DNA from: Histomonas meleagridis 2922-C6/04-290x
Lineage: Eukaryota; Protista; Parabasalia
Reading direction: 5' to 3'
DNA: 64,000 nucleotides
Assembly (NCBI GenBank): GCA_020184695.1
Contig: JAANOX010000003.1
Coordinates: forward strand, 62,001 to 126,000
Positions 52,455 through 63,800 of the stretch are shown piece after piece (within the stretch, counting starts at the first letter, position 1; every line of letters begins with the position of its first letter). Below the pieces are notes generated by a model, which did no database searches, was not told the DNA's origin, and worked only from the letters and a program-made list of their open reading frames with translations. Position numbers and translations under genes: made by a program.

Positions 52455-55121
52455 ATGTTGTACCCTTTAACTATTATTATATTTTTTGCACACACATTAG
52501 AAGCTTATAATTCATCAACAAAAATTTATACAGTAACATCTTATTCTGATTTTGAAGATGAAGATATAAAGAAAGCAGAACATCTTATAATTACAGATGA
52601 TGTATACATGATACCATATGCTGCATTTAAATTTTCAAGTATTATAAAAACTTTAGTTGTTGGTAATACCATTCGTGAAATTTCAGAAGAGGCATTTTAT
52701 TCTTGCGATAATTTAGAATCTGTTGAAATTGGTAATAATTTAGAACAAGTTAACAATTACGCATTCACTTCATGCAGTAGTTTAACCAAAATCATCATAT
52801 CATCGGATAAACTTTATCGTATTGGAATCCAAGCTTTTGCGTACTGTCGAAATCTTCAATCTTTTGATATGAAAGATTCTATACGATCTATTGAAAAACA
52901 AGCTTTTAGGGAATGTCCTTTCCAAAGCATCAAAATCCCACCAAATTTATATCAAATATCTGAGGCAGCATTTCAAAACTGTAGTAACCTGATAAGTATT
53001 ACGATTCCATCTTCAGTTGAATCAATTGAAAGTCATGGATTTTCATCTTGTTTCTCGTTAAAAACTGTTGAATTGATATCTTCAGGAGTTTACATATATG
53101 AAGCAGCTTTTTCATATTGTAGATCATTAACAAATATAATAATTCCAACATATGGAAAAGAAGAAATTTATACTTCAACTTTCCGATGTTGTTCTTCATT
53201 AACAAATATAGTAATTCCAAATAAAATTCGTATAATTGGTGATTTTGCATTTTCAAATTGTTCTTCATTGACAAATATTATAATTCCAAGTTCAGTTACT
53301 AAAATTGGACGTGATGCATTTTCACATTGTACATCATTAGAAAGTTTTGAATATGAAAATTCAAAATCAATTATTGTAGGAAATGCTGCTTTTTGTAATT
53401 GTTATTCATTAAAGAAAATAGAAATTACTCAAGGATCAAATATCATTGAAAGTCTTACTTATTCTGATTGTGCTTCAATAACAGAATTAATAATACCAAA
53501 CAATATAAAAAGAATTAAATCATTTGCATTTTCTGGAACTTCAATAACAAACATAACAATTCCTAAGTCAGTTGAAGATATGGAATATGGTATATTTTCT
53601 TATTGCTCTAAATTAGAAGCCATTATAATTTCAAAAGGAAACAAAAATTATTTTAATTATGAAAATGATGGAATTGTTTATGATAAAGATTATACTGAAA
53701 TTATTTTTTACCCACAAGGATTAAAATCTCTTAAATTTTTAGATACAATTACTAGTATTGGTCCTTATACATTTTCAGGATATACAATTAATCGTGTTAA
53801 TATTTCAAATAATATTTCTGTTATTAGTAATAATGCATTTTGTGAATGTCATAATTTAGAAGAATTAATTATTCCTGATAATATAACAATTGGAAATTAT
53901 GCATTTGAATTATGTAGTTCATTAAGAAATGTTACATTTTTAGGTAATGTAACTTCAATTGGAAGAAATGCATTTGCTAATTGTACCAATTTACCAAATA
54001 TTGAAATTCCAACAATTTCAACTCTTTCATATTCAACATTTGCAGGTTGTTCAATGCTAAAAAGCGTTGTCATTCCTGCAACAGTAAAAACTATTGAAAA
54101 TTGTGTATTTTTTAGATGTATTTCATTAGAAAATATCAATTTTCCAGAAAATATAACATTTATTGATTCTTATACATTTTATGATTGTATTTCATTAAAC
54201 ATTATTAATATTTCTCTCACAAAAATTAATGTAATCGAAGATTATCTATTTTTTAATTGTTCATCTCTTGAAAAAATTAAAATTCCAAATACAGTCGAAA
54301 ATATTAACAGTGGTGCATTTGCAGATTGTATAAGATTAAAAGATGTAACTCTTAGTGAGAACTTAATAGTCATTGGAGTTTATTCATTTGCTGGGTGTAC
54401 AGGATTAAAAAGTATTATATTACCAAATACAGTTAAATACATACATAGCAATTGTTTTAGTAGATGTATTTCTTTAGAAACAATAAAATTAAGTGAAATT
54501 CTTGAAGAAATTTATCTCTATTGCTTCTTTGGTTGCTGTTCATTGAAAAATATTACAATACCTGATACTGTTACATATCTGGAAAGTGATGTTTTTGCAC
54601 AATGCACTGCTTTAAATTTGGCTATAATAGGTAATAGTTTAAGAAATATTCCTTCTGATACATTTTATAATTGTACTTCTTTAGAAACAGTAATCATTGG
54701 AGAAAATGTTCGGGAATTTTCTGGAACACCATTTGATTATTGTTTTCATTTGTATTGTATATATTATTATGGAGATGTAGAACCATTTTTTGAAGATGAT
54801 TATTTGTTTGATATGGTACCAGCGATAACTGTATACACATTAGAATCATATCGAAGTGAAAAATTCAATCGATTTAATGTAACTAAACAAACGCCAATGG
54901 CAGAATGTAATATATCAGAATTTTATGAAGCAATGTCGAAATCTGATAGTGACGTCGATGATGACAATGATAATGATAACAATAATAACAATACAAACGT
55001 TGTGGCTATTGTAGTCCCAATTGTTGTGGTGATTTTGGTTGTGGTTGGTGTAATCGTTGGAGTATTAGTTTACAAAAATATGAAGAAAAACAAAGAGAAA
55101 GGAAGCTCTGAAAGTCCATAG
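52455..55121 (+). CDS. BspA-like (LRR_5) surface protein with signal peptide, D/N-rich stalk and C-terminal TM
   Basis: More than 25 TpLRR repeats (IGDFAFSNCSSLTNIIIPSSVTKI) and TM segment VVAIVVPIVVVILVVVGVIVGVLVY. The track start at 52362 is TTG; the ATG at 52455 gives the signal peptide MLYPLTIIIFFAHTLEA. Confidence 0.92.
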   Translation: MLYPLTIIIFFAHTLEAYNSSTKIYTVTSYSDFEDEDIKKAEHLIITDDVYMIPYAAFKFSSIIKTLVVGNTIREISEEAFYSCDNLESVEIGNNLEQVNNYAFTSCSSLTKIIISSDKLYRIGIQAFAYCRNLQSFDMKDSIRSIEKQAFRECPFQSIKIPPNLYQISEAAFQNCSNLISITIPSSVESIESHGFSSCFSLKTVELISSGVYIYEAAFSYCRSLTNIIIPTYGKEEIYTSTFRCCSSLTNIVIPNKIRIIGDFAFSNCSSLTNIIIPSSVTKIGRDAFSHCTSLESFEYENSKSIIVGNAAFCNCYSLKKIEITQGSNIIESLTYSDCASITELIIPNNIKRIKSFAFSGTSITNITIPKSVEDMEYGIFSYCSKLEAIIISKGNKNYFNYENDGIVYDKDYTEIIFYPQGLKSLKFLDTITSIGPYTFSGYTINRVNISNNISVISNNAFCECHNLEELIIPDNITIGNYAFELCSSLRNVTFLGNVTSIGRNAFANCTNLPNIEIPTISTLSYSTFAGCSMLKSVVIPATVKTIENCVFFRCISLENINFPENITFIDSYTFYDCISLNIINISLTKINVIEDYLFFNCSSLEKIKIPNTVENINSGAFADCIRLKDVTLSENLIVIGVYSFAGCTGLKSIILPNTVKYIHSNCFSRCISLETIKLSEILEEIYLYCFFGCCSLKNITIPDTVTYLESDVFAQCTALNLAIIGNSLRNIPSDTFYNCTSLETVIIGENVREFSGTPFDYCFHLYCIYYYGDVEPFFEDDYLFDMVPAITVYTLESYRSEKFNRFNVTKQTPMAECNISEFYEAMSKSDSDVDDDNDNDNNNNNTNVVAIVVPIVVVILVVVGVIVGVLVYKNMKKNKEKGSSESP

Positions 55122-55456
55122 GGATTTCAGCACTAAAGAATGGGATTACTAAAGACCCAACATAAAATTTTTGTTTTTTGCTTTGAAATAAATCTCCTCT
55201 ACTTATATTGAATAATAAACTTATATACAATTAAATGGTCCGCAAAATATAATTAATTGTAACATTAATATGTGTAATGAAATAATAATTGTTCAATACA
55301 ATCTGAAAAAACTTTTCATAATCATTGAATGTCATATGATAACTATTTAAGAAAAACATGATGCAATATGCAAAAAAGGTATTCAATTATAGCTAGTGAA
55401 GAAAGAAATTAGTAAAGTCTAGGCGAAATACGTCACTTTTCACTGGCCAATTTTGC

Positions 55457-57064
55457 GTGAAAACACGTTACTTAACAAAGCACAATAACATTTTGTTATT
55501 TTTCTTGGTAACAATATTGTCTTATGATGTTTATGTTAATTCATATATCAAAACGGAATTGCGTGATGTTATTGCAACAATTGAATTGGCTATTACACAA
55601 GCAGAATCAAATTTGACAGTTCTAGAAGGATCTTCCAGAACAACTCATTTAACATTTTCTAATAGCGAAAATTTTAAAGGATTGAAAGTTACTGAAGACA
55701 AACTTGCGAATGATGTTCAAAATGAAATCACATCAGAAACTTTATCCATGCCTCAAAGCTTATTACTGTCGTACGTAGAATCATGGGAGCCAGGTGATAC
55801 AATTGGCGTGTTTATAAAAGGAAAAATATCCAATGTACCATTCATCACTCAAACCAACAATTTTTTTAATTCATCAAAAAAATATTCTTTTGTTTATGGA
55901 ACATCTTTAGACATACGTTCTTATTATCCATACAATTTAATGATGAATTCATCAACTTTATTGATTCAAGATACAAGTTATCAAAGTTTAGCGAATCAAA
56001 AAGATTTAAATTTCATGCATGCACAAGCAGCAAGCTCATGCAATGCTGGGACACACGTTATCAGCTTGGCACTTACACATAAAATGACATTCTTAAATTT
56101 AAACATACATGTTAATTCCATATTCAACACAAAACTTTCTTCAGTTCCATTAATTTTTATCAATGGAATAAAACATAATGGAACATTTGATATATTTAAT
56201 GGAACAGCATACATTAATAATGGAACGCTTCCGCTTGAAAATTGGAACATTACGAATCTTTGTAATTTTAACGATACCGAAACAATTGACTGCGAAATGG
56301 TATTATTTCCACAAACATTTGAAGAAGCAATTGAATTAATTATTATAGCATCTGAGAAAACTTATAATATAACACTTCCAATTGAGGAATTACAATCAGG
56401 TTATTCATATTCATATTACTTTGATTTAAACCTTAGCACCAATACATTCACGCAGAGTAATACATTAACAAACAGTAATACGTTCGCACAAAGTAATACA
56501 TTCACTAAATTGAATACATTTTCACGTAGTAATTCATTTAGTAAATCAAATACATATTTACAGAGTGATGCATATGGAAACATAACATATTCCATTACAT
56601 TATCAGCATTTACAATTGCAGAGACATTTATTATCGATAATTCATTTCTCACGAATTCGTATTCTTTAACATATATAAATTTAACATATATTTTTACGCA
56701 AATGGAATTTATTTATTACGAATATACAATTATTCAATATACTATATATCATTCATATTATTTAAAATATTATTTTAATATCGAAACGAATGATGTTTCC
56801 AACCAAAATAATAATCAAACGACAGTTATTGTTGTTTCTGTTGTTTGTGTTATTATTTTCGTATTAATTATATTATTCATTATTGTTTTATTAATTCGTA
56901 AACGAAATTCCAAAGAAAACGAAACAAATTCCGAAAATGAACTTACAAAATCAGAAGAAACTGAAAATACAAATAATTTCTCATCAGGAATTAACATTCC
57001 GCATGTTGAAGAAGATCCATTTGCTAAAGATTTCAATGAAGATAACATCATTGATAACATTTAA
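55457..57064 (+). CDS. Type I membrane protein with a Bacteroidetes fimbrillin (Mfa-like) domain, SNTF repeats and an EEDPF tail; no ATG before the signal peptide
   Basis: WEPGDTIGVF...SYYPYN...QDTSYQS...FMHAQA...LALTHKMT...MVLFPQT...QSGYSYSY matches the fimbrillin-like pattern as recalled. TM segment VIVVSVVCVIIFVLIILFIIVLLI. The track start is GTG. Confidence 0.7.
   Translation: MKTRYLTKHNNILLFFLVTILSYDVYVNSYIKTELRDVIATIELAITQAESNLTVLEGSSRTTHLTFSNSENFKGLKVTEDKLANDVQNEITSETLSMPQSLLLSYVESWEPGDTIGVFIKGKISNVPFITQTNNFFNSSKKYSFVYGTSLDIRSYYPYNLMMNSSTLLIQDTSYQSLANQKDLNFMHAQAASSCNAGTHVISLALTHKMTFLNLNIHVNSIFNTKLSSVPLIFINGIKHNGTFDIFNGTAYINNGTLPLENWNITNLCNFNDTETIDCEMVLFPQTFEEAIELIIIASEKTYNITLPIEELQSGYSYSYYFDLNLSTNTFTQSNTLTNSNTFAQSNTFTKLNTFSRSNSFSKSNTYLQSDAYGNITYSITLSAFTIAETFIIDNSFLTNSYSLTYINLTYIFTQMEFIYYEYTIIQYTIYHSYYLKYYFNIETNDVSNQNNNQTTVIVVSVVCVIIFVLIILFIIVLLIRKRNSKENETNSENELTKSEETENTNNFSSGINIPHVEEDPFAKDFNEDNIIDNI
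56438..56563 (+). repeat. 18-nt coding tandem repeat x7 (SNTFTQ-like)
   Basis: TNTFTQ SNTLTN SNTFAQ SNTFTK LNTFSR SNSFSK SNTYLQ. Confidence 0.85.
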
Positions 57065-57344
57065 TTAAATATTATAAATGTATATGTCATTTAGAGATGT
57101 TTCATGATGCTCAATGTTTTTTATATGAGAAAACAAAGCATTTCATGGAAATATCTGTTTTTGGTGTTTACGTAATGATTTTGAATACATTTTCATATTT
57201 AGTAAATAAAATATATAAATTTGTGATTATATTTCAATAATGAATTTCATTTTAAATTTTCATTTGGTTAAATTAAGATGAAAAAAAATTGAAAAAAGTT
57301 TTCTTGAAATTTTTTTATGAAAACATTTACATTTTATCAATTAT

Positions 57345-57753
57345 TTATTCTTTTTCATGAAGTATTTCATATATTTTATCATCATAATTTTCTGCTGCAT
57401 ACATAATTGCTGTCCAAAATATGTGAAATATTTTCCAAATATTGTTTTAAAATCCAAAATAGTTTGAATTATTTTTAAACATTAAATATAGATATCTTTA
57501 ATATTGATGTCTATATCTTTATGTTCAAGAAGTAATTTAACTATTTCTGTCTGATTATTTTCAGTTGCAAAAATTAATGCTGTTTTAAATGTTGAAAACA
57601 ATTTCCAAATTTTCTTTTGAAATATTAAAACATCTATTTAAATATGAAATAAAACGATTGAAAATCTTGTAAATTAATGTTAATTTTTTCATGTTTAAGT
57701 AATAATCTAACTATTTTTGTACGACCACAGAGTGATGCATACATAAATTCAAA
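57345..57753 (-). other. Orphan ankyrin cassette array D: 3 cores at a 170-nt period; the last core ends in TAA(A)
   Basis: Core starts at 57753 (FEFMYASLCGRTKIVRLLLKHEKININLQDF), 57583 (TALIFATENNQTEIVKLLLEHKDIDINIKDI) and 57413 (TAIMYAAENYDDKIYEILHEKE*). There is no upstream DUF3447 ORF. Confidence 0.85.
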
Positions 57754-58180
57754 TACAAATTTTTGATTTTTTTTCAACAGCTAGTTAATTTAATTTTAAC
57801 TCTTAAAATTAAAAATATTGAAAACTAAAAATTATACATTGCATTAATCTTTGAAATATTTTTAGATTCACATGTTAGGCAAATATAACCGTTGATAAAG
57901 TAACGTTTGAAACAAAACGCTTTTGAATATATTCAAAATATCAAAACCGTAGTTCTGAAATTGGTCTGGACCCCTGAAAATAAAAATCCATTGAAAATTA
58001 AATTATCCTGTTATTAAAAAAATATTTTTATAATATTTTGTTGATTCTGAATAAACATATATACGTTATATCATATTTTAATTTGCTCTGACTAATTACT
58101 ATTTTTTAGAGAGATTTGAGCATTTCAGTCCAAAACAACAATGTAAATTGTCAATTCAAATTTATGGATTTTAACCACAA

Positions 58181-60375
58181 ATGATTTCCTGTGTTTTGTT
58201 TTTCTTTGCTGTGACAACCACACAATTTACTTTTGATGAAGTAATTTGTAATTCGTCATACGCATATGGCAAAGGAGGGGCATATCTTTCTTGGACTGAT
58301 CTTTCAAATAGTAATGCATATTACAAAGTTTTTCAAGGTACAGTCAATTCTAATAATGAATGGTCCGAATGGAAACAAATTAGTACATATAGGAAAGGTT
58401 CACAACTAAATGTTTTAAATGTTTACCCAAGTCAAATTGATGGTTTCGAAGGCCAAGCTACTTTAAATGCAGGTAGACATGATACATCTTCAGCTAGTTT
58501 CACGTTTGGAAATGATCCTACACAACATTTATTACCTTCATCAGCAGCTCTTAAAGTTATATTAGAAGGAGGGACAATGACGACAGAAAATGAAGTCATA
58601 AATTTTGAACCATATGGTGTTGATCCAAGAACTGGCGAGCAGGCGATTTGTGTCATACCAATTTCAATCAATGATTTTGAATTTAGTGTTAAAGCAAATC
58701 CATATTTCATTTATGACTATGATGTTATATTTTTTGGTTCATCAAGATATAGTTCAGGTTATAATATTCTTACTACAACAGCTACAAATGTTGTTGCTGA
58801 ATATATAAAGAAAGGATATGGTGTTTTTGCTGGGTATGATTCCATTGAAGCTAATTTTTTTATGAATGGCAATGCAGAAAGTCTACTTGCTATAAGAGAT
58901 CTTTTTGGAGTTAAAATTTTTGGAGTTGATAAAACTTTGAATGGTGAAAATATATCTTATGCGTATCACCTCGGGATATCATTAAGAGTATTACATAATG
59001 GTTTAATTACAAATTATCCTTATGAAATTGGTCAAAAGGACACAACTTTTTCTATTTCTATAATCGGTGCAAGTACTGCAGCATCTGGAGATGTTTGGGT
59101 GTCTTTCAATAATAATGTTAACAGAGATGAATTTGGACTTCTTCATGGTTTTTACTTAACTACGAATAATAATACAGCAATGATTCAATCAGGTTTATAC
59201 AATTTGAAGCCAATAGAATGTAAGATTATAGCAAACACATTATTTTATTTAAAGCAAAGAACTTATGATAATTATGTTGAGGATCATTCAGCACAAGATT
59301 TTGAACCTCCAATAGTTAATTTAATTTATAATGAAGAACAATCTATGGTTCTGATATTGGCTCCTTATATAATTATAAAGTTGAAGCATACAGAAGGGAT
59401 AATGATGATTTAATTGATACAACTAATGAGATTGAAGTTAATGTAACTACAGGAATTAAAATGTATAAATATGTTATTACTTCTAGCGCTGATGTGGATT
59501 ATAGCGAATTAACATTTGAAACTGTTAATAACTTCATTGAATTATCAAATGAACAAATTTTTAATCAAAATTATGTACACGTTGCAGCTATAGATAATGC
59601 AGGGAATATTGGCGAAATAGCAAGTATCAAAATACTCCCATCTACGAACACATTTACACAATCGAACACATATACTAAATCGAACACATATACTAAATCG
59701 AACACATTTACACAATCGAACACATTTACACAATCGAACACATATACTAAATCAAATACATATACTAAATCGAACACATATACTAAATCAAACACGTATA
59801 CTAAATCAAACATATATACTAAATCGATTACATTAATATCATCAAAAACGCATATAGAATCAATTTCACATTTGAATACATTTACTATCTCTAATGCATT
59901 TGTTATTTCGCAAGATGATAGATTGTCTCATTCTTTCATTTCGATTCATTCTATTTCATTTACGCAAACAATAATTCTTTACTCATATGTATCGAATACT
60001 CAAATGAAATATTCCAATTTCAGTTACTTTTATGTCAGTTCCATATATTATAAATATACAATTATATTATATTCAACATATTTTGTTTTTTATTCTGATT
60101 TTTTCACAACTTTTGCACAAAATGAAGGAAATAATAACAAAGTGAACATTGCTATTGCTATCAGTATTCCAATTGCAGTAATATTGATAATTTGCGTCAT
60201 ATCAATATTATTTATTATCATGCGTAAACAAAAGCAATCAAGTAAAGAAAATAATGAAGTGATTATATCCACAGCAGGAACATCAGAAAACTTTTCATTG
60301 AATGACAAACCAATGAGTATTGAAGAAGATCCTTTTGCTCAAGATTTTAAAGAGGACAATCAAATATTAATATGA
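58181..60375 (+). pseudogene. Type I membrane protein with a bacterial-type extracellular domain, SNTYTK repeats and an EEDPF tail, split by a 1-nt frameshift near 59340
   Basis: ORF 58181-59413 (signal peptide; LNVLNVYP, YDVIFFG, GYGVFAGYD, ITNYPYEIG, FYLTTNNNTAMIQSG, IIANTLFYLKQ, DHSAQD). It continues in the frame of ORF 59461-60375 from 59341 (IYGSDIGSLYNYKVEAY...TTGIKMYKY). Confidence 0.75.
59644..59823 (+). repeat. 18-nt coding tandem repeat x10 (SNTYTK/SNTFTQ)
   Basis: tcgaacacatatactaaa / tcgaacacatttacacaa units. Confidence 0.92.
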
Positions 60376-60791
60376 CAATTATATAAATATTATTTTGTCA
60401 TTTTAGTAAAAATATGATTTGTTGTTTAATAGAAAACAAATTTCAAATTGTTTATATAAATAAAAATAATTTTCATGTAAAAACTTTTTTAATTGTAAAT
60501 ATATATTATATATATTATATTGATTTTTCCCAATAATAATTTTCAGATGCATCTGAAGGCATTCTCTATCCTTCATTATATGTGATATAATACTCATTTA
60601 TTATTTAAATTCAAAGTAACCTAAACATTTTTTAAAAATTAATTAAAAATATCTTTAATGCTATTATCTTTATTTTTAAGATATAGTTTAACTATTTTTA
60701 TCTTTTTCAGCACCAACAAATAAACGGTTTCAAAAATGACTAAAGTTGGCGGTTATAAAGGTCGATCATTTTCCTATGAAAAAAACATTTG

Positions 60792-60797
60792 ACCGTT
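60792..60797 (+). promoter_or_regulatory. ACCGTT, M3/Myb-like core promoter motif
   Basis: It lies about 14 nt upstream of ATG 60811. Confidence 0.35.
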
Positions 60798-60810
60798 TAA
60801 GCATTGACCA

Positions 60811-63800
60811 ATGTCGGAAGAATTTATTCCAATTTTCGAGACTGTTGTCTCCCAAGTTTTATCTGGCGATCAAACGCAGATGAAAAATGCGCAACAATCA
60901 TTAAATTCTCTTAAAGATAATCCAAATTCACTTTTCGCACTTTTAGCTGTCATTAATCAGTCACAATCTCAAACTTCCAGACAATATGCGTCAATCATCA
61001 TTAGAAAGCTTATACGTGTGCACAAAGAAACACTTACGCCTGAGTTCCAAATGCAACTTTTTGTTCCATTATCCCAAGCGATAAAGAACGAACAATCTTT
61101 TGTTAATAGGTGTAATATATGTGATATTCTTACTGACATGTCAATTTCTCCAGAAGAGCTTATTAATTTATCTTCACAATTGATACAATTAAATTTTTTA
61201 TCTACCTCATTTTATCTTTTATATAATTTCTTTTATACTCTTGAATATCCTCAAAAAGAGGCCCTATCACTTCAATTATATCCCATTTGTGTTTCATCAC
61301 TTACGAATGATGATCCTGAAGTTCGAATTCAATCATCACTTTTTCTTCAACTCCTTATTACTGAAGTTCCAGACTCACCAGCCATTGTTGGCAATGCTGA
61401 GTTTGCCCAAATTATTGAGTTCAAAGCTGCCAATTTAGCCAATATCCCCAACATGAGTCAGCGTGAAGCTACTGAACTATTTAATCTTATTGGTTGTGTT
61501 ATACACAATGCTCTTCCCTGTTTTATTGAGCGCCATGTTGGTTTTGCGCAATTTACATCAGCATTTATCATACAACAATCGATTGATCCATACATTCGTT
61601 ATGCTGCAATTGAAGCTCTTAGTAACTTATTTGAGATAACCATTGATTCATTAGTACCAATTCTTCCTGCAATTTTCCAAAACTGTTTAATTTTTTCTGT
61701 TGAATTATCTACAATTGATCAAGGATCGGAAGATTATACATTTATTGGGAATCTTATTGATATAATATCGACAAGTATCGAACCCGAAGTTTATTTTGCT
61801 CCATTTTTCCAATTAATCTGTGGATTGATCTCAACGCAAAATGAAATGTCACAACGTGTAGCAATATACGCACTTAGTTCTTTAATATTGCCAATTGGCG
61901 ACTTCATTTATAATGAAGATTATATTGATCAAATCATCGAAATAATTATCACAGAGTTAAATTGTCCAAGTTTAATCATAATAAATGAAACAGGAGATTT
62001 AGTTTCAAGTTTATGTGAAGCAATACCAACAGAAATCAGTGATTATGTTGATGATATCTTTCGATTATTACTTGGACATGTCAATTTACCGAAATGTTTT
62101 CGTGCATTAATTGATTTATTATCATGTACTACTGAGCCGCCAACAGATTTAGAAGCAGCAATACAATTTGTTATCGATTTAATTCCTAAATCATCCAAAG
62201 AAACACATGAAAGTTTAGTATTATTATTATCTAATTTACTTTATAATTATGAAAACATTAATGAAGGTATATATCAAGTTTTGTCTCCTATCATTGGCGG
62301 GTTATTATCAGGCGATTTAAATCAACGAGGTTTAGCTATAATTGTCTTTGGAGATTTAGTTCGTATATGTCCACGTTCAGTTGTTTCTGATTTAAATAAT
62401 TTCTTACCAATAATATTACAATCATTTACAAATGATGATTTTGAAACTAATCAAAATTGTTGTATTTGTATATTACATATTTGTGAATTCCAAGCACAAT
62501 ATTTAATACCTTCATTAGAAACTATATTTAATGCACTTGATATTATATTACAAATGAAATCTGCTAATATTAAAGTCGAAGATGATGAAAATGATGAATT
62601 TGATAATAGTGAAGAAGATACAGATACAAAAGAAACAATTCTATTTGCAAGTTTCCATAAAATGCAAATTATTGCACTTCAATGTCTTGCGACATTATGT
62701 TCTAATTTACCACAATATACATCAGCACATTTTGAGCGAATATTAAATATTACTAATGATATAATATCAGGGATTTATTATTCGAATGAAGCAATTCAAA
62801 CACTTTCTTTACTTGCAAATGGTTATAAGGCAATGAATATTGATCCATCGCCAATTTTCCAAATTATATTTCAACAAATTTCGATTCCTAATGAAATACA
62901 AAATTGTTGTGCAGCTTGGCAAACACTTGATGAACTTATACAACTATTTGGGTTACCATTAATTAATGTTTATATTGATTCTATACACCAAGAATTATTA
63001 AATGTATTTTTACATAAAAAAAATATTTATAATCAAAAAGGTGATAAATCAGAAATATTATGGGAAATACAAAACTCAGTTTTTTCTATTCTTGAGACAA
63101 TTGTTGAAACATTAAAAGATAATTCCGAGAAATATCTTGAAGATATTGTTAAAAGTTTACTTGAATTAATGCAAAATCCAAAAAAGAAGTCATATTCTAA
63201 AGCTATCCATTCATTGATTATAATATCGACAAATGTTACACGTTTTAATGAGTTATTTACTGTTGCTTTGAATCCAACAATTAATAACTTAAAACATAAA
63301 TCGAATTCAATTAAAACTTTGACAATTTCTACATTAAATATCGCATTACATTATAATCCAAATTCTTTATTACCCATAAAAGATAATTTAATTAATTATT
63401 TATGGGAAATCATTTCGAAAGTAATAAATGGTAATAAAGAGTTTTCGCCTTTAGCTGAAGAAGCTTTCGCTTTATGGTTCTCAATGGTGCAAATTTATCA
63501 AATTAACGTGAATTTGGATGTATTAGAATCTGTTTGGGAAGCCGCTTACTTCACAACAAATTCAGAGGTGCTAAAATATGTGGCAAATTTCGCAGTGTTA
63601 TGTGGTCAATTCCAATCTGAAAAAATTAGAACAAATTTGATCATATTCGCAATTACTGTGTTCGCGTCAAATGAAAACATTATACGAAAAGTGGCACCAG
63701 ACGCTTTGAGATTTTTGGCAGCACTTGTTACATCTGCAACTCAAGAACAAATCGCAGAACAATTAAGCTTTAATAGCGCATCAATAACACGACTACAAAA

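Noticed and set aside
4455-61438. Numerous 60-150 aa ORFs nested in or antisense to long genes (e.g. 6652-6972, 20873-21196, 27192-27647, 33038-33397, 59571-59813)
   Set aside because: These are shadow ORFs of real coding frames or of coding repeats.
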